Positions 25,501 to 40,623 of a stretch of 64,000 bases of DNA are shown in pieces. Location of the stretch: positions 2,046,001 through 2,110,000 of the forward strand of contig OZ218959.1 of NCBI GenBank assembly GCA_965112735.1, written 5' to 3'. Numbering within the stretch: position 1 is the stretch's first letter; each line of letters opens with the position of its first letter. The position numbers and the translations under genes were made by a program. This DNA is from Phaeosaccion multiseriatum. Its lineage: Eukaryota > Protista > Ochrophyta, other classes. The notes beneath the pieces were generated by a model. That model was given only the letters and a program-made list of their open reading frames with translations. It was not told where the DNA came from and ran no database searches.

Positions 25501-28500
25501 TCACGAGTGTGCTGTGCCCTTTGCTCTTTACGTGGTGCTCCGGCGCTGCTCGAGCGTAGTCCTGTGTCCGCCTTTGGATGATGACCATCAATGACTACCA
25601 CTGACCATCCGTTCCATTGACACCCCCACTCTCCCAACCCTCCCCTCACCTTCCTCCGTTCCATTCCATGTTGCTTCCGCTTTATACACCTATTCTCTCC
25701 CCCGGCACCACATAAACACGACTCACGCACTCCCTCCCTCACTCCCTCCCTCCCTCCCTCACTCACTCACTCACTCACTCACTCACTCACTCACTCACTC
25801 ACTCACTCACTCACTCACTCACTCACTCACTCACTCACTCACTCACTCGCTCACTCACTCACCCCCTCCCTCACTCACCCCCTCCCTCCCTCACTCACTC
25901 ACCCCCTCTCTCCCTCCCTCTCTCACTCCCTCCCTCCCTCCCTCCCGCTCTCCTTCCCTCAGGTCATCCTGGCGGCTTTGGGAGGGCAAGGTATAAGTGA
26001 GCCCCAAGATGCGATGGGAAGAACCCTCCTCCACAGAGCTTTGCTTCTGCTGCCATCGCCTGGCGCAGCAGAGGAGGGGCAGGAGGAGGGGCAGCGAGAG
26101 AGGGAAGAAGTGGAGGAGAAGAAGGAGGCAGTGATAGCGTACGTTGCGGAGGCGTGTCCAAAGGGGATGGCTGCAGTGGATGGTACGTAAGCCTACGTAT
26201 TGGGTGTGGGGTCGTGGGTCGAGCGGTGTGCTAGGTGGTTTCGTCTGTCCCATCGTTTCCTGCCCATCAAAATGATCGTTCTCCTCCTGCTCCTGGTGCT
26301 GCTCCAGCTACGGCTACTACTGCTCTCTCTCTGTTGCTGACTCTCTCTCTTTCACTCACTCGCTCTCTCTCTCTCTCCCTCCTCCCTCGGACCCTCTCTC
26401 TCTTCTTCTCTGTCCGTCTTTCCCTCCCTTCTCCCTCTGACCCTCTCTCTCTCTCTCTCTCTCCCTCTCTGTCTCTCTTCTCCACTTCCGACACCTCCTT
26501 GACTTTGGGGTGCCAAGCTTGTCGCCAAACAGCTCTGCATCTCGCTGCTGGTGCTGCGGACAGTCTGAGCGTCAGTCGCATTCTGCACAGCCTCCCTATT
26601 GCACTGGGCAGGGCTCTGGTGCTGATGAAGGATGGGGAGGTGAGTACTGTCTGGCTGGCTGACTGACTGGCTGACTGACTGACTGACTGACTGGCTGACT
26701 GGCTGACTGACGGACTGACTGGCTGACTGGCTGACTGACTGACTGACTGACTGGCTGACTGGCTGACTGACGGACTGACTGACTGACATGACTGAGCCGA
26801 ATGACGGACTGACGACTCACGAGACTTTACCGCGCGACCACATGAATGAATGAATGAATGAATGAATGAATGAATGGGGATTGAACAAGCAGGGCGACAC
26901 GGCACTCCATGTGGCTTGCCGAGTGCCAAGCGCCCCCTGCGTGTCCATGCTGTTGGAGCACGTGGACACATCTCCACACGCACAGGCGCTAGCTGCTTTT
27001 GGCGACGTGGGGAGGGGCAGCAGCAGCAGCGGCGGCGGCGGCGGTGGATTTGTCATTCACAGTCCTATGGGCGGGAGTGGGGGTGGTGTGTTTGGGAGTA
27101 ACGGGCGGTCCAGCAGCTACAGCAGCAGCGGCAGTCACCACCACAGCCCCTCTCGCACCTTTCCCAGTCCTTCGTCGTATCTCAGTCCCTCGGCGAGCCA
27201 TGGCAGTGTGGGTCTCTTTGGTAGCCCAAACAGCAGCAGAAGCAGCAGCTACAGCGGCAGCCCTGCTCGCATTTTTCGGTCCCGCTTCACCACCCAGACG
27301 ACGGCCGATGCTGCAGGCGTGGTACTGACGAAGGGCATCAGTGTCAAGGACGAAGCAGGACAGGTGGGGCGGGGAGGATGGCATAGGCGATTACCACAGT
27401 TCCAACAACCAATGATGAGAGGGGAGAAGGCATTCCCCGCTCTCTCTACATGATATACAACCTGTTCTCTTGTTCTTTTTGCTCCTCGAATCACCAACTG
27501 CTGCGCTTGACTTGACCGCCCTTCCATCGCCACCCATCCCCCCTTCCCCCAGACGCCGCTAATGTGTGCAGCAGGGGCTGCGTCTCCGGAGTGTGTGATG
27601 GAGCTCCTGGCCACCTTCCAGCCCCTCATCGCAGCCGCCACCGCAGCATCTGCCGCCATATCACCAACTGCTGCTGCAGCTCGCTCTCCCGTCGGCGGCG
27701 GTGGTGGCAGTAGTAGTAGTCGTACCAGCAGTCCGAGCCAGAGGTTTAGCCCCTCTGCTACTCAGCGTGAGCGCGAGCGACGCCGACGAGCCTCCTCCAG
27801 CGGTCGAGCGCTGCAGTGGCTGCTAGCGAGCCTCCGACAGAGGGACACCGAGGGCTGCAACGCACTGCACTTCGCGGCAGGGAGGTGAGTCAAGTCAGTC
27901 AGTCTGTCTGTTTGGTTGTCGTTCAGTTTCGTCAGTTTCGGTTTCAGTGTTTGACCTCTTCCGTCTACGACAGTGTGTTGAGTAGATGAAATATCGATCA
28001 TAGCCTTGGGTCCGGTGTGTGTCTTGCATGTCTGTGTGCCCGTCTTTCTGCTCTGCTCTGCTCTCTCTCTCTCTGTCTCTCTATCTTTACGTCCGTCCCC
28101 CCTTTATTAAAACCAACCCTCATGTTGCTTCGCTGTCGGCGGGCCTTCTCACCCCCCCCCTCTCCCCCGACCAATCACTCACCATCACTCACCATCACTC
28201 AATCGCACACTCTCACACCAGAGACGGAGAGGAGGCTGCTCAGTGCGTGCGGCTCCTGGTCGAGAAGGAGAGAGAGGTACTACTGCTGTATCACCAACTG
28301 CTGCTGCTGCTCGAAGACCGCGTGCCTGGCGCTGTTCGCTCCTCCTCCTCCTCCTCTTCGGGGTTGCTCTCCCAGGTACAGCCATGGATTGATACGTAGT
28401 GATACGGAGTGCATGGTGTGGAAGTGTGTGTCGATGCTCTAATTAATCGACTTGTTGGTAGATAGTGCGATAGGTAGATACATGGTGCGAGGAGTGGGTG

Positions 28501-28718
28501 CCAATGCTGCTCTTGTGTGTTGTGATGCTCCTGCGGGTCCCGCTCTCAATCAGCGAGGAGTACATGCTTGATGGATGGCTGGATGGATGGATGGATGGAT
28601 GGATGGATGGATGGATGGATGGATGGATGGATAGATGGATGGATGGATGGATGGATGGATAGATGGATGGATTGATGGATGGATAGCTGTATGGATGGAT
28701 TGATGGATGGATAGCTGG

Positions 28719-28752
<34 letters not shown>

Positions 28753-28755
28753 AGC

Positions 28756-28788
<33 letters not shown>

Positions 28789-30646
28789 AGCTGGATGGAT
28801 GGATGGATGGATGGATGGATGGATGGATGGATGGATGACGGAATGGACTCATGATTTTTTCTGCTTTAAGATGGTGGTAATTGCGGTAATTGTACGCCCG
28901 TCCGCTGCCATCCACACAATCTCCTCTCACGCACGCGCGCACGCACGCACATACGCACGCACGCACATGCATGGATGTGTCTCACCACACCTCTATCAGG
29001 CCACCCCCACCGACCCCATCCGGGGAAGTTTCGTCTGGCCCCCCGAGGCAGCCATCAATTGCCGCGAAACGAAGAATGGAGCCACACCGCTGCACATCGC
29101 TGCGGGTGAGTGAAGTGCAAAGAGAGGGCAGAGTACAAGGGCCAGAGGAGGAGGGGAGGGAGGAGGGGGCAAGTGGCAGGGGGGAGGGGAAGGCTCTCAG
29201 TGTTAAGCCCTCTCTCGTGCTCTTATCTTTCCTTCCCTTTCTCTCTCTGGCCTTCTCTCTCCGCCTTTTCTCGTCCCTCTCTTTCTCTCGTCTCCCTTCC
29301 TGTCTCCCTCCCCCCCCCCTTACCTCACCCACCCTCCTCTCTCTCAGGCGAGGGCAACGCATCCACCGTCGGCGCTTTGCTTGAGGAGGGGGCTTCGCCT
29401 CACGCTCGCGATGATGACCTGTGGACACCGATCTGGTACGCTGACTACAGGTAAGTGCGGGTGCATGAGAAGCAAGGGACACCCTCTTCCTCCTCTTCCT
29501 CCTCCTCCTGCTGCTGCTACTGCAGCTGCTGCCGCCCTAAGCTCGGATGGCAGTATACGTGCTCGCATTCATTGCTTTGCTTCCTCCATTCCCCCCTCCG
29601 CTGTGCTGTGCTGTGGTGTGCGGTGCCACATCTTCAAACCGTACTTATCCCTACGTACATCCATCCACCCACCCATCCACCCACCCATCAACTACCATCC
29701 ATCCGTCCATCAATCCACCCATCCATCCATCCACCTGTCCATCCACTGTCATCTATCCATCCATCCATCCACCGTCATCCATCCATCCATCCATCCGTCC
29801 ACTGCCATCCACCGCCATCCATCCACCCCCTCAGCTCCAACCCCAACAAGCACAAGGTGGTGCTGCTGCTGCTGAGCGTCGACCCCACAGAGCAGCTGCA
29901 CAACCTCGGGGAGAGCCTCACCACGGAGAGGCGCAAGAATGAGAAAGTTGTGCGCCTCATGCAGAACCTCGCTACGGAGGTAAGTAAGCGCGTTGGTTGT
30001 TCGGGTGGTCGGGCGGTATGTCGGTTGTTCGGGCGGTCGGTGCGTCGCATGATCACTTGAATGATTGCGCTTTGCTTCGTTTCGTTTGGTTGTTTGGTTA
30101 TTTGGTTGGTTGGTTGGTTGGTTGGTTCGTTGGTTCAGTACGGTCAACCCACGCGTCAATCCCTTGCCTGCGCACTCACTCTCTGTGATATGCTACCGAC
30201 GCTGCCCGCCCTCCCTTCTGTTGCCCCCTGCCCTCCCCCCCGACCCTCTCTCCTCCTTCTTATCCTCCCCCTCCGCCTCATCCTCCGCCTCTTCCTCAGC
30301 CGGCCTTCTACGACTTTGTCTACAAGCTTGTGGGATCCAACATGGAGCTGCTGGACGGCAGCCTTAGCTTCCTCCTGCTCAACCCCGCGCTGCTGTCCTT
30401 CGATGTCAAGGCTAAGTACGCTCGGCACAACATGGCACACTTGAAGCGAAGCGCTTCGGTAAGCTACTCGAATGGCGGGCATAAGGGCAGGGTGGGGCAG
30501 TTGGTGATACAGGGCAGTTGGTGATACAGGGCAAGGCAGGGTAGGGCGGAGCAGACACACACATTGTAGACCCACCCACCAACCCACGAACTCCGGCCTA
30601 CGATCTCTCACACGTACCTGCCCTCGCATGCATACACACACATACT

Positions 30647-30677
<31 letters not shown>

Positions 30678-33600
30678 TCGCACACGCACACGCGCACGCA
30701 CGCACACACACACACACACTCGCACACGCACACCTTACACACCCACACACGCACGTCCACAAACGTCCACATACACCCGTCCACAGCCCTACGATACCTA
30801 CGGCCGCGGCTATGACGGGCACAGTGGAGTCTTGCCCTGCCAGAGGCTCTCCAGAGCCCGAGGGGGGGCGCTGGGTCCGCTGCTGGACACTCTCCAAGGC
30901 CTGCGGACACAGAGGGGCGAAGGCGCGGCGGTGGGCTTCCTACGGCACGGGCTTGCCAATGTGTACTTCGCCATCGGACGCGAGATGGGAGCAGGGCCAG
31001 GGGTGAGTTGAGTCAGTCATTAGTGCCTACTTGTTTTGATGGGATGAAGTTCACCTGTCTAGGCTCTGGGCCTCATCTCTCTTTCCCTCGTTCTCTCTCG
31101 ATGTATGTGTGTGTGTCTCTCCCTCTCTGTTTGTATCTCTTCTTGGCATGCATCACATTCGCAGTCTATTGTTCTTTCTGTCTCCGAAATTGGATTTGCA
31201 TTTTAGGCTGAGTCTGATGCGAAGCAACCTGCCCCACCCCCACTTATTTACCTCTTCCTTCTCTTCTTCCTTCCAAACCTTCCAATCTGCGTGCCTGCGT
31301 GCACCAAAAGGTCAATCGCGAGGCTTGGGAGCTTGTGGGAAGAGACTTGGTCGAGCCGCAGGAGCGGGGGCACACCCAGGGCGAAGGGCCGGGGGTAGGC
31401 GAGGCAGCCACGATACCAACCATGCCAGCCACACAAACCGCCGCGACAGGCCACGGACAGCAGGGTGAGGGAGGGGAAGACGAGCGCGCTGACGACGACG
31501 ATGATGTTGTGGTTATGCGAGTTGTACCACCAACAGCAGTAGGAGCAGGTGATACAGCTGAGGAGGAGGAGGAGGCGGAGGAGGAGGAGGAGGCGAGAGC
31601 AGCAGGAGCAGGAGCAGTCGGTGTAGGGGTCACAGCAACCGGTCGTGCTCAGGGAGGGGTGGAGGGGGGCGGAGAGTGGGAGTTGAGGAACGGCTTCTTC
31701 AGCGCGTTGGAAGAAGGAGGTGTCACCTACGGCCCAAAACGCCTTCCTGCCAACCAGAGAGACAGGTGTGAGCAAAGAAGTGGATTCCGTGCATTCCGTG
31801 GTTTGGATTCCGTCATTTCTTAGCTCGTCTCTCGTCTCTCTCTGTATATACATGTTTCCCCTCCCCGTCTCTCTTCCCCCCTTTCGTCCCCTTCCTCGTC
31901 CGCCCCTGCCGCCACCCCACCCTCCTTAAGCTGCCCCTTCTTCCCCTCTCTATCGTACTCGGAACCCCCCCCCCCCCCTCCCCCCCCCCCTTCCCTCCTT
32001 CTCTTAATGCTCACATGGGCAGTCAGACTCATTCCTTTCCCGCTTGCCCATGTGCTTGTGCGTGTGCCTGTCCCGTGTGTGTATCCATCCACAGAGAATC
32101 GTTCCTTGTGTACATGGAGCTTGTGGGTATGTTGATTGGGCACATTATTTGGGAGGCGAAAATCCTCAACCTCAACCTCAACCCCTGCTTCTGGAAGGTC
32201 AGTGAGAGTCCGTGGGGGGGGGGGGGTGTATGCGTGGGTGTGTGTGTCTTGTGTGTACGTGTATGTACGTGTGTGTACGTGTGTGTGAGAGAGACAGAGA
32301 AAGGCCATCCCCGGAAGATACAAACATAAGTACATACTTCGAAGTACATAAGTACATAAAAGTACATACGTACTTCCCCCCTCCCCCCGAGCTTGCACTT
32401 GTGCAGTTTGTGCTTGTTGCGTTGCGCCCTATGTTCTGTGCTTGGGGCTTGCCGACCCACTTGTTCTTGGGCCTTACTCTTGTGCCTTACCCTTGTGCCT
32501 TACTCTTGTGCCTTACTCTTGTGCCTTCCTCGTGTAACGCTTCACTCTTGTGTGTGCTCCACCCTGTATGCCTCCCTCTTGTGCCTTACTCTTGCGCTTC
32601 ACTCTTATGCTTTACTTGTGTGCTTCACTCTTGTGTGTGCTCCACTCTGTATGCCTCCCTCTTGTGCCTTACTCTTGTGCTTCACTCTTATGCTTTACTT
32701 GTGTGCTTCACTCTTGTGTGTGCTCCACTCTGTATGCCTCCCTCTTGTGCCTTACTCTTGTGCTTCACTCTTATGCTTTACTTGTGTGCTTCACTCTTGT
32801 GCTTTACTCTTGTGTGCCTCCCTCTAACGCCTCACTCAGGTCATGCAGCGTCGAGCAGTGAGTCTGGAGGAGCTTTCTGCAATGGACACGGACGTGCATC
32901 GCAATCTTCAATGGCTGCTGGACAATGAGGGAGTGGAGGCCCTAGGCTTGACCTTCACGTGCTCCCAGACGGTCACCACCTCGTCTCTCCGTCCCGTGCC
33001 TCCAGCACCGGCAGTGGTGACGCAGGACAGTAGCCAAGAGGAGGGCCGTGGGGGAGGCAGCAGCAGCGTCACCAACAGCAGGGGCGGTATCATCGACAGG
33101 GACGGCGCGGGATCGAGCGGGAAGGGAGGGGGAGGAGGGGGAGGAGGAGGAGGAGGAGGAGGAGGAGGAGGAGGAGGAGGAGGAGGAGCAGAGGGAGGAG
33201 GGACCTTCTTCAGCATTGTGGACGTACCGATTTGCCCCGGTGGAGAGAATATAGAGGTGACAGACGACAACAAGGCCGAGTACATCAAGTTGATGATCAA
33301 GGCAAAGGTAGGAAGGAGTGCTGCCCTCTCTTCCTCTGCCTCTGCGCCGCCTCTGCTGCCGCTGTGCCTGTTGTGGAAGAGATGAAAGGCACATCTCGCT
33401 GGGGACGCCTGGCTGTCTCTCCCTCGGATGTCGGCTATTTCCCGTTACGGGCATATGGACCCATTGGCCTCTCCTCTGCCCTACTTCGACGCCCCCCCTT
33501 CCCTCCTTCACCCTCCTCATCCCTCCTCCCTCCCCATCCCCTCCCCCCCCCTGCTCCCCCCAAGACTGTGGACGCGTGGGGAAGCCAGGGCCGTGCGTTG

Positions 33601-34515
33601 TGGCGGGGACTGACGGCGGTGGTGCCCAAGCACTTGCTGCAAATGTTCAATGAGAACGAGCTGGGCCTGCTGTTGGCCGGCACGCAGGAGGTGAGTGAGT
33701 GAGTGAGTGAGTGAGTGAGTGAGTGAGTGAGTGAGGGCCAGATGGAATGCGTGCGTGTTTTGCATGCGTGTGGCGTGTGGTGTGTGTGTGTGTGTATGCG
33801 TGTGCATGCATGCGTGCGTGTGTGCGTGTTGTGTGTGTGTGTGTGCGTGCGTGTGTATGCATTTGTGACTCTGCGTGTGTAGTGTGTTGTATACGTGCTC
33901 AGAATCCCGTCGCCACACACTTTCTTCTCCCACCCCCATCCCCATTAGATCGACGTGGCCGAGTGGAGGCGGACCACCAGCTTCATGGGCAGCGAGAGGG
34001 ATGCGGAGTGGTTCTGGCAGGTCGTCACTTCCCTGGCGCCTCACGAGAAGGTACCGCACCTTACCTCGGACGTACTCGCACGAACCACTCGGAGCCACAA
34101 AAAGGCTCTCCCTTGTGCATCGTTCCGGACTGGGGCAGGAAGAGAGGCAGGGAACACATCCTTTGGCCGTGTAAAGCGGCGCGTGTCTGACATCTTCTCT
34201 CCCCTCCCCTCCCTCCCTCCCCTCCCTCCCTCCCTCCCTCCCTCCCTCCCTCCCTCCCTCCCTCCCTCCTTTGGAGGACAGGCGTTGCTGCTCAAGTTTG
34301 TAACAGGATGCTCGAAGCTGCCCATCGGAGGCTTCGCCAGCTTGAATCCCGCCTTCGAGGTCGCCGTTTCGGAACACCGCCCTGTGGACTCTCTCCCCAA
34401 CGCAGCTACCTGCTTCAACCAACTGAAACTGCCGCGGTATAGCAGCGCCGATCAGATGCGCAAGAGCGTCCTCGTGGCCCTGAGGCACGGCTGTGAGGGC
34501 TTTGCCTTCGTTTAA
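22544..34515 (+). CDS. HECT E3 ubiquitin ligase with N-terminal PHD finger and ankyrin repeats (HACE1-like core), about 18 exons
   Basis: Spliced PHD: CGRC...[17 protein letters not shown]...WCLTC. Ankyrin motifs [61 protein letters not shown] motifs [56 protein letters not shown] and catalytic [14 protein letters not shown], ending GFAFV*. Confidence 0.92.
25283..25935 (+). repeat. (CACT)n microsatellite blocks in a HECT-gene intron
   Basis: Two long CACT arrays, about 25283-25490 and 25755-25900. Confidence 0.9.
28569..28837 (+). repeat. (GGAT)n microsatellite (intronic)
   Basis: Long, slightly interrupted GGAT array. Confidence 0.95.
29655..29826 (+). repeat. (CCAT)n degenerate microsatellite (intronic)
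   Basis: CCAT-rich array directly before the acceptor at about 29833. Confidence 0.9.
32470..32815 (+). repeat. 83-bp tandem minisatellite (3+ copies) built from a 13-mer ACTCTTGTGCCTT-like subunit
   Basis: Units start at 32541, 32624, 32707 and (partial) 32790, preceded by 13-mer repeats. Confidence 0.9.
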
Positions 34516-34716
34516 CTTTAATGGAAATGGATGAGTAAGGAGTGGTTTAGAGTCCACAGCTGTGCGCCCGGGCGGCTGCGTGCCGCCTCCTTTGTGTCTT
34601 GTCCTTGCTCCTTCAGGGCGCACAAAAGGTCTTGGCAAGGAACCGCCCCAAATTGAAATTGAATCCCGATTACTTTTATACACGGGGGGGTGGTAAACTT
34701 GAGCGAGGAGGGTGCC

Positions 34717-37722
<3,006 letters not shown>

Positions 37723-39056
37723 TGTAAATAAAATGTACATGATAACGCAGGCTTGCTTGACATTGGCTCTGGCTGCGAGGAGAAGCCGTACAACCTCTGT
37801 GCGGTTGTTCTGGGATGCCCTGTATAGAGGTGTAAACCCCTCGTCGTCAGGTTTATTCACGCGCGCGCCATGGGACAGCAAAGTACAGACCACACCTGAG
37901 TGTCCGTTCTCGGAAGCGGCGTTGAGGGCAGTCACTCCGAAGCTGCTCGCTTCATTCACCTGAGCACCGGCCAGAATGAGTTTGCGTATCACAAGATCGT
38001 ATCCTGCGTAGCTGGCGGCGATCAGAGGCGTTGTGCCTTCAGCATTACACATCGCCTGACTTGGATTGGCCCCTTCCCGAAGCAGAAGCTCGACAACATC
38101 AGCCCTTCCCGAGCTTGCCGCTGCAGTCATGGGTGTGTCCCCATCAGCGCAAAAGAAAGCCTCATCTAGGCACGACCTCCTTCCTTTTGCGCTGGCGAGG
38201 AGGGTTCTAATGGCTAGTTTCACGTATCTGATCCCCTTCCCCTCCGTGATAGCACTATACAGGCTTGTGGCCTGTCATGTCCGAGCAAAGGGAACGGAGG
38301 AGCGTGTAAAAGGGAGAGAGTGGGGGGGGCAAAGGAGGTGGGGTATAGGGTGAGTCAAGAACGCGCTAAGGCGGCCTCGGCCAGTCAAGAGGGCGGAGCA
38401 ACGGAGCAACACGAGACTTATACGTCGAATCATCGAATCACAGTCAGCACAAGCTGAGGGACCAGCAAAGCGCCCATTCACTTGGCTCCGATGTACCTCC
38501 TCGCTAACTCGGGGGAGTGCTCTCCTCCTCTGGGCCATGATGGCACACCGAAAGAGAAAGCCTTCAGGCTATGCTAGCAGCAGGAGGCGAGCCCAAACAC
38601 AGCTTCACGCTACGTCTCCTTCTGCAGGCCATGCAAAGTCGGGGGGGGGGGTTTGTGGAGGGAAAGGGCGCTATTGCCAAATTTAAACTCGTTGTGTAGC
38701 GCGCGCACCCACGCCTCCATTTTTTCTCCGTTTTTCTCTCATCACACTGGCTCGGGCTTCCTCCCGCTCTCCAACTCATCCAATCTACGTCACACCATAC
38801 TATCTCCCGCCCCCCCCCCTCCCTCCGCGCTATCGCAGGCGCTACCCACAGCCGCTGTCCCGTCTTGAGAGAGTCAATGCCTCTCATCCTCCGTCGACCT
38901 TTGCTGTCTGGTGTCAAGACTGGTGGAGAAAACACGCGTCATCCTCCTCCCTGCAGCAGGTCCAGCGCGGGCTTCTTTTCCCCCTTCTATCATCTACCCC
39001 TATACACACTTGCATACATACATGCATATATACGTGCATACATAACGACACATGTT

Positions 39057-40475
39057 TTAGTACTTGCTCTCCTCTCTACGCTTGGCCCCCGCCCCGGCCT
39101 TCGCGGCATCGTGTAGGGGAGACAGCGAGCGAGAGGCCTGCCTCTTGATGGAGCTCTGCGACATGACAGCGGCCACCGCTTCCGGGGTGGAGGGTTTGAG
39201 ATCAGTGCTCATGCGGTCTTCCCAAGTGGGGAAGGGTGAGAACTCCGAGAACTTCATGTCCATACCAAGGCCTTCACGTATCTCTCGGGCCTTTCGCACG
39301 TTGGAAGGGGTGGGAACGGGCTGCAGGGGGGGGGGCGTTAAAAGAGAGTGGAAAGAAGCACGAGAGGAAGAGGACGGGAGAGGAGCATTCCGGGAGGAAG
39401 ATGGAGGGAGAGCAAGGGGTTGAAGAGCGGTAGGGAGAGCGGCGACAGGGAGAGGGAGGCATGATGATGAGCAACCTTGGGAACGGCACGATGAGGCGCT
39501 CGCTCACACTTCCACACCCGTCATGCAGTGGGGGTGAAGCGCCCTCAGGCGGCGGATAGGCCGACCGCACAGAGCTCATTATTGCTTGGACAGATGATCC
39601 TAGACACACAGAAACACACACGCACGCACACACACACATACACGCACGCACGCACGCACGCACGCACACGCACATACCCAGATGACATGCACACGAGCCT
39701 AAGCTAATGTGCGAATCAATGCCAGGTCCCTCACCTGAGAGATTTGAGTGGCAGCTCGTCCATCGTGCTGTGCGACGAAGGCGGCAGCGCACTGAATCAG
39801 AGCGTCCAGCACGAGGAGGATGTTGAGGGCCACAACGAGGGTAGCGAAGGTCTCCTGATCGAACTTGTCTTCGTTGGACACGTCAAGCCTCACCAGCAGG
39901 CTCAGGTACATGACCTACATGAGATGGGATCAGGGAAAGAGAGCAGAAGGAGGACGAAAAAGGTCAGTCCGTAAGAGCAGAAAAACACACAAGGCAAGGC
40001 GAGTGAAGGGAAGGCGTGGCGACAGAGCGACATGCAGTGCAGAGCAATGATGGACGCCGCTCCTCCTCCTCCGCCTCCGCCCCTCTTCGCGTACCATGAA
40101 AATAACAGTGCTTCCGAGCACCTGCGTAGGGGCGAGAAAGGAGGGAGAAGAGCGGCGTGGGATGAGTCAGTCAGACAGCAGAGCGCGCATGGACCAGGCA
40201 GCACAAGCACAGGCATAGAACACGGCCTGCCTCCACATGATGGGGATCTAGCTCTGGACCCGCGGAAGGGAAGGGAAGCGAAGTGAAGGCACTCACAAAG
40301 GAATAGAGGTCCCCTGTCGCCCGAAAGGGGCGGAATCCGAAGTAGGCCACAATGCACACGCAGCTGAAGATACAGCCAATCTGCTCCGTTAAGGTAGCAG
40401 CACCATTGATTCGCAAGAGCGGTGGAGGCGGGGGGGGGGGGGGGGGGGCAGGATAGCGCCAGGAGAGCGGGCGGG

Positions 40476-40518
<43 letters not shown>

Positions 40519-40583
40519 AGAGAGAGAGAGAGGGAGAGGAGAGAGAGAGAGAGAGAGGAGGGAGAGAGAGAGAGAGAGAGAGT

Positions 40584-40623
<40 letters not shown>

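Noticed and set aside
32212-32928. Cys/Leu-rich repeat ORFs, or a CRISPR-like array
   Set aside because: An intronic 83-bp tandem repeat with no unique spacers and no cas genes, in a eukaryotic context.
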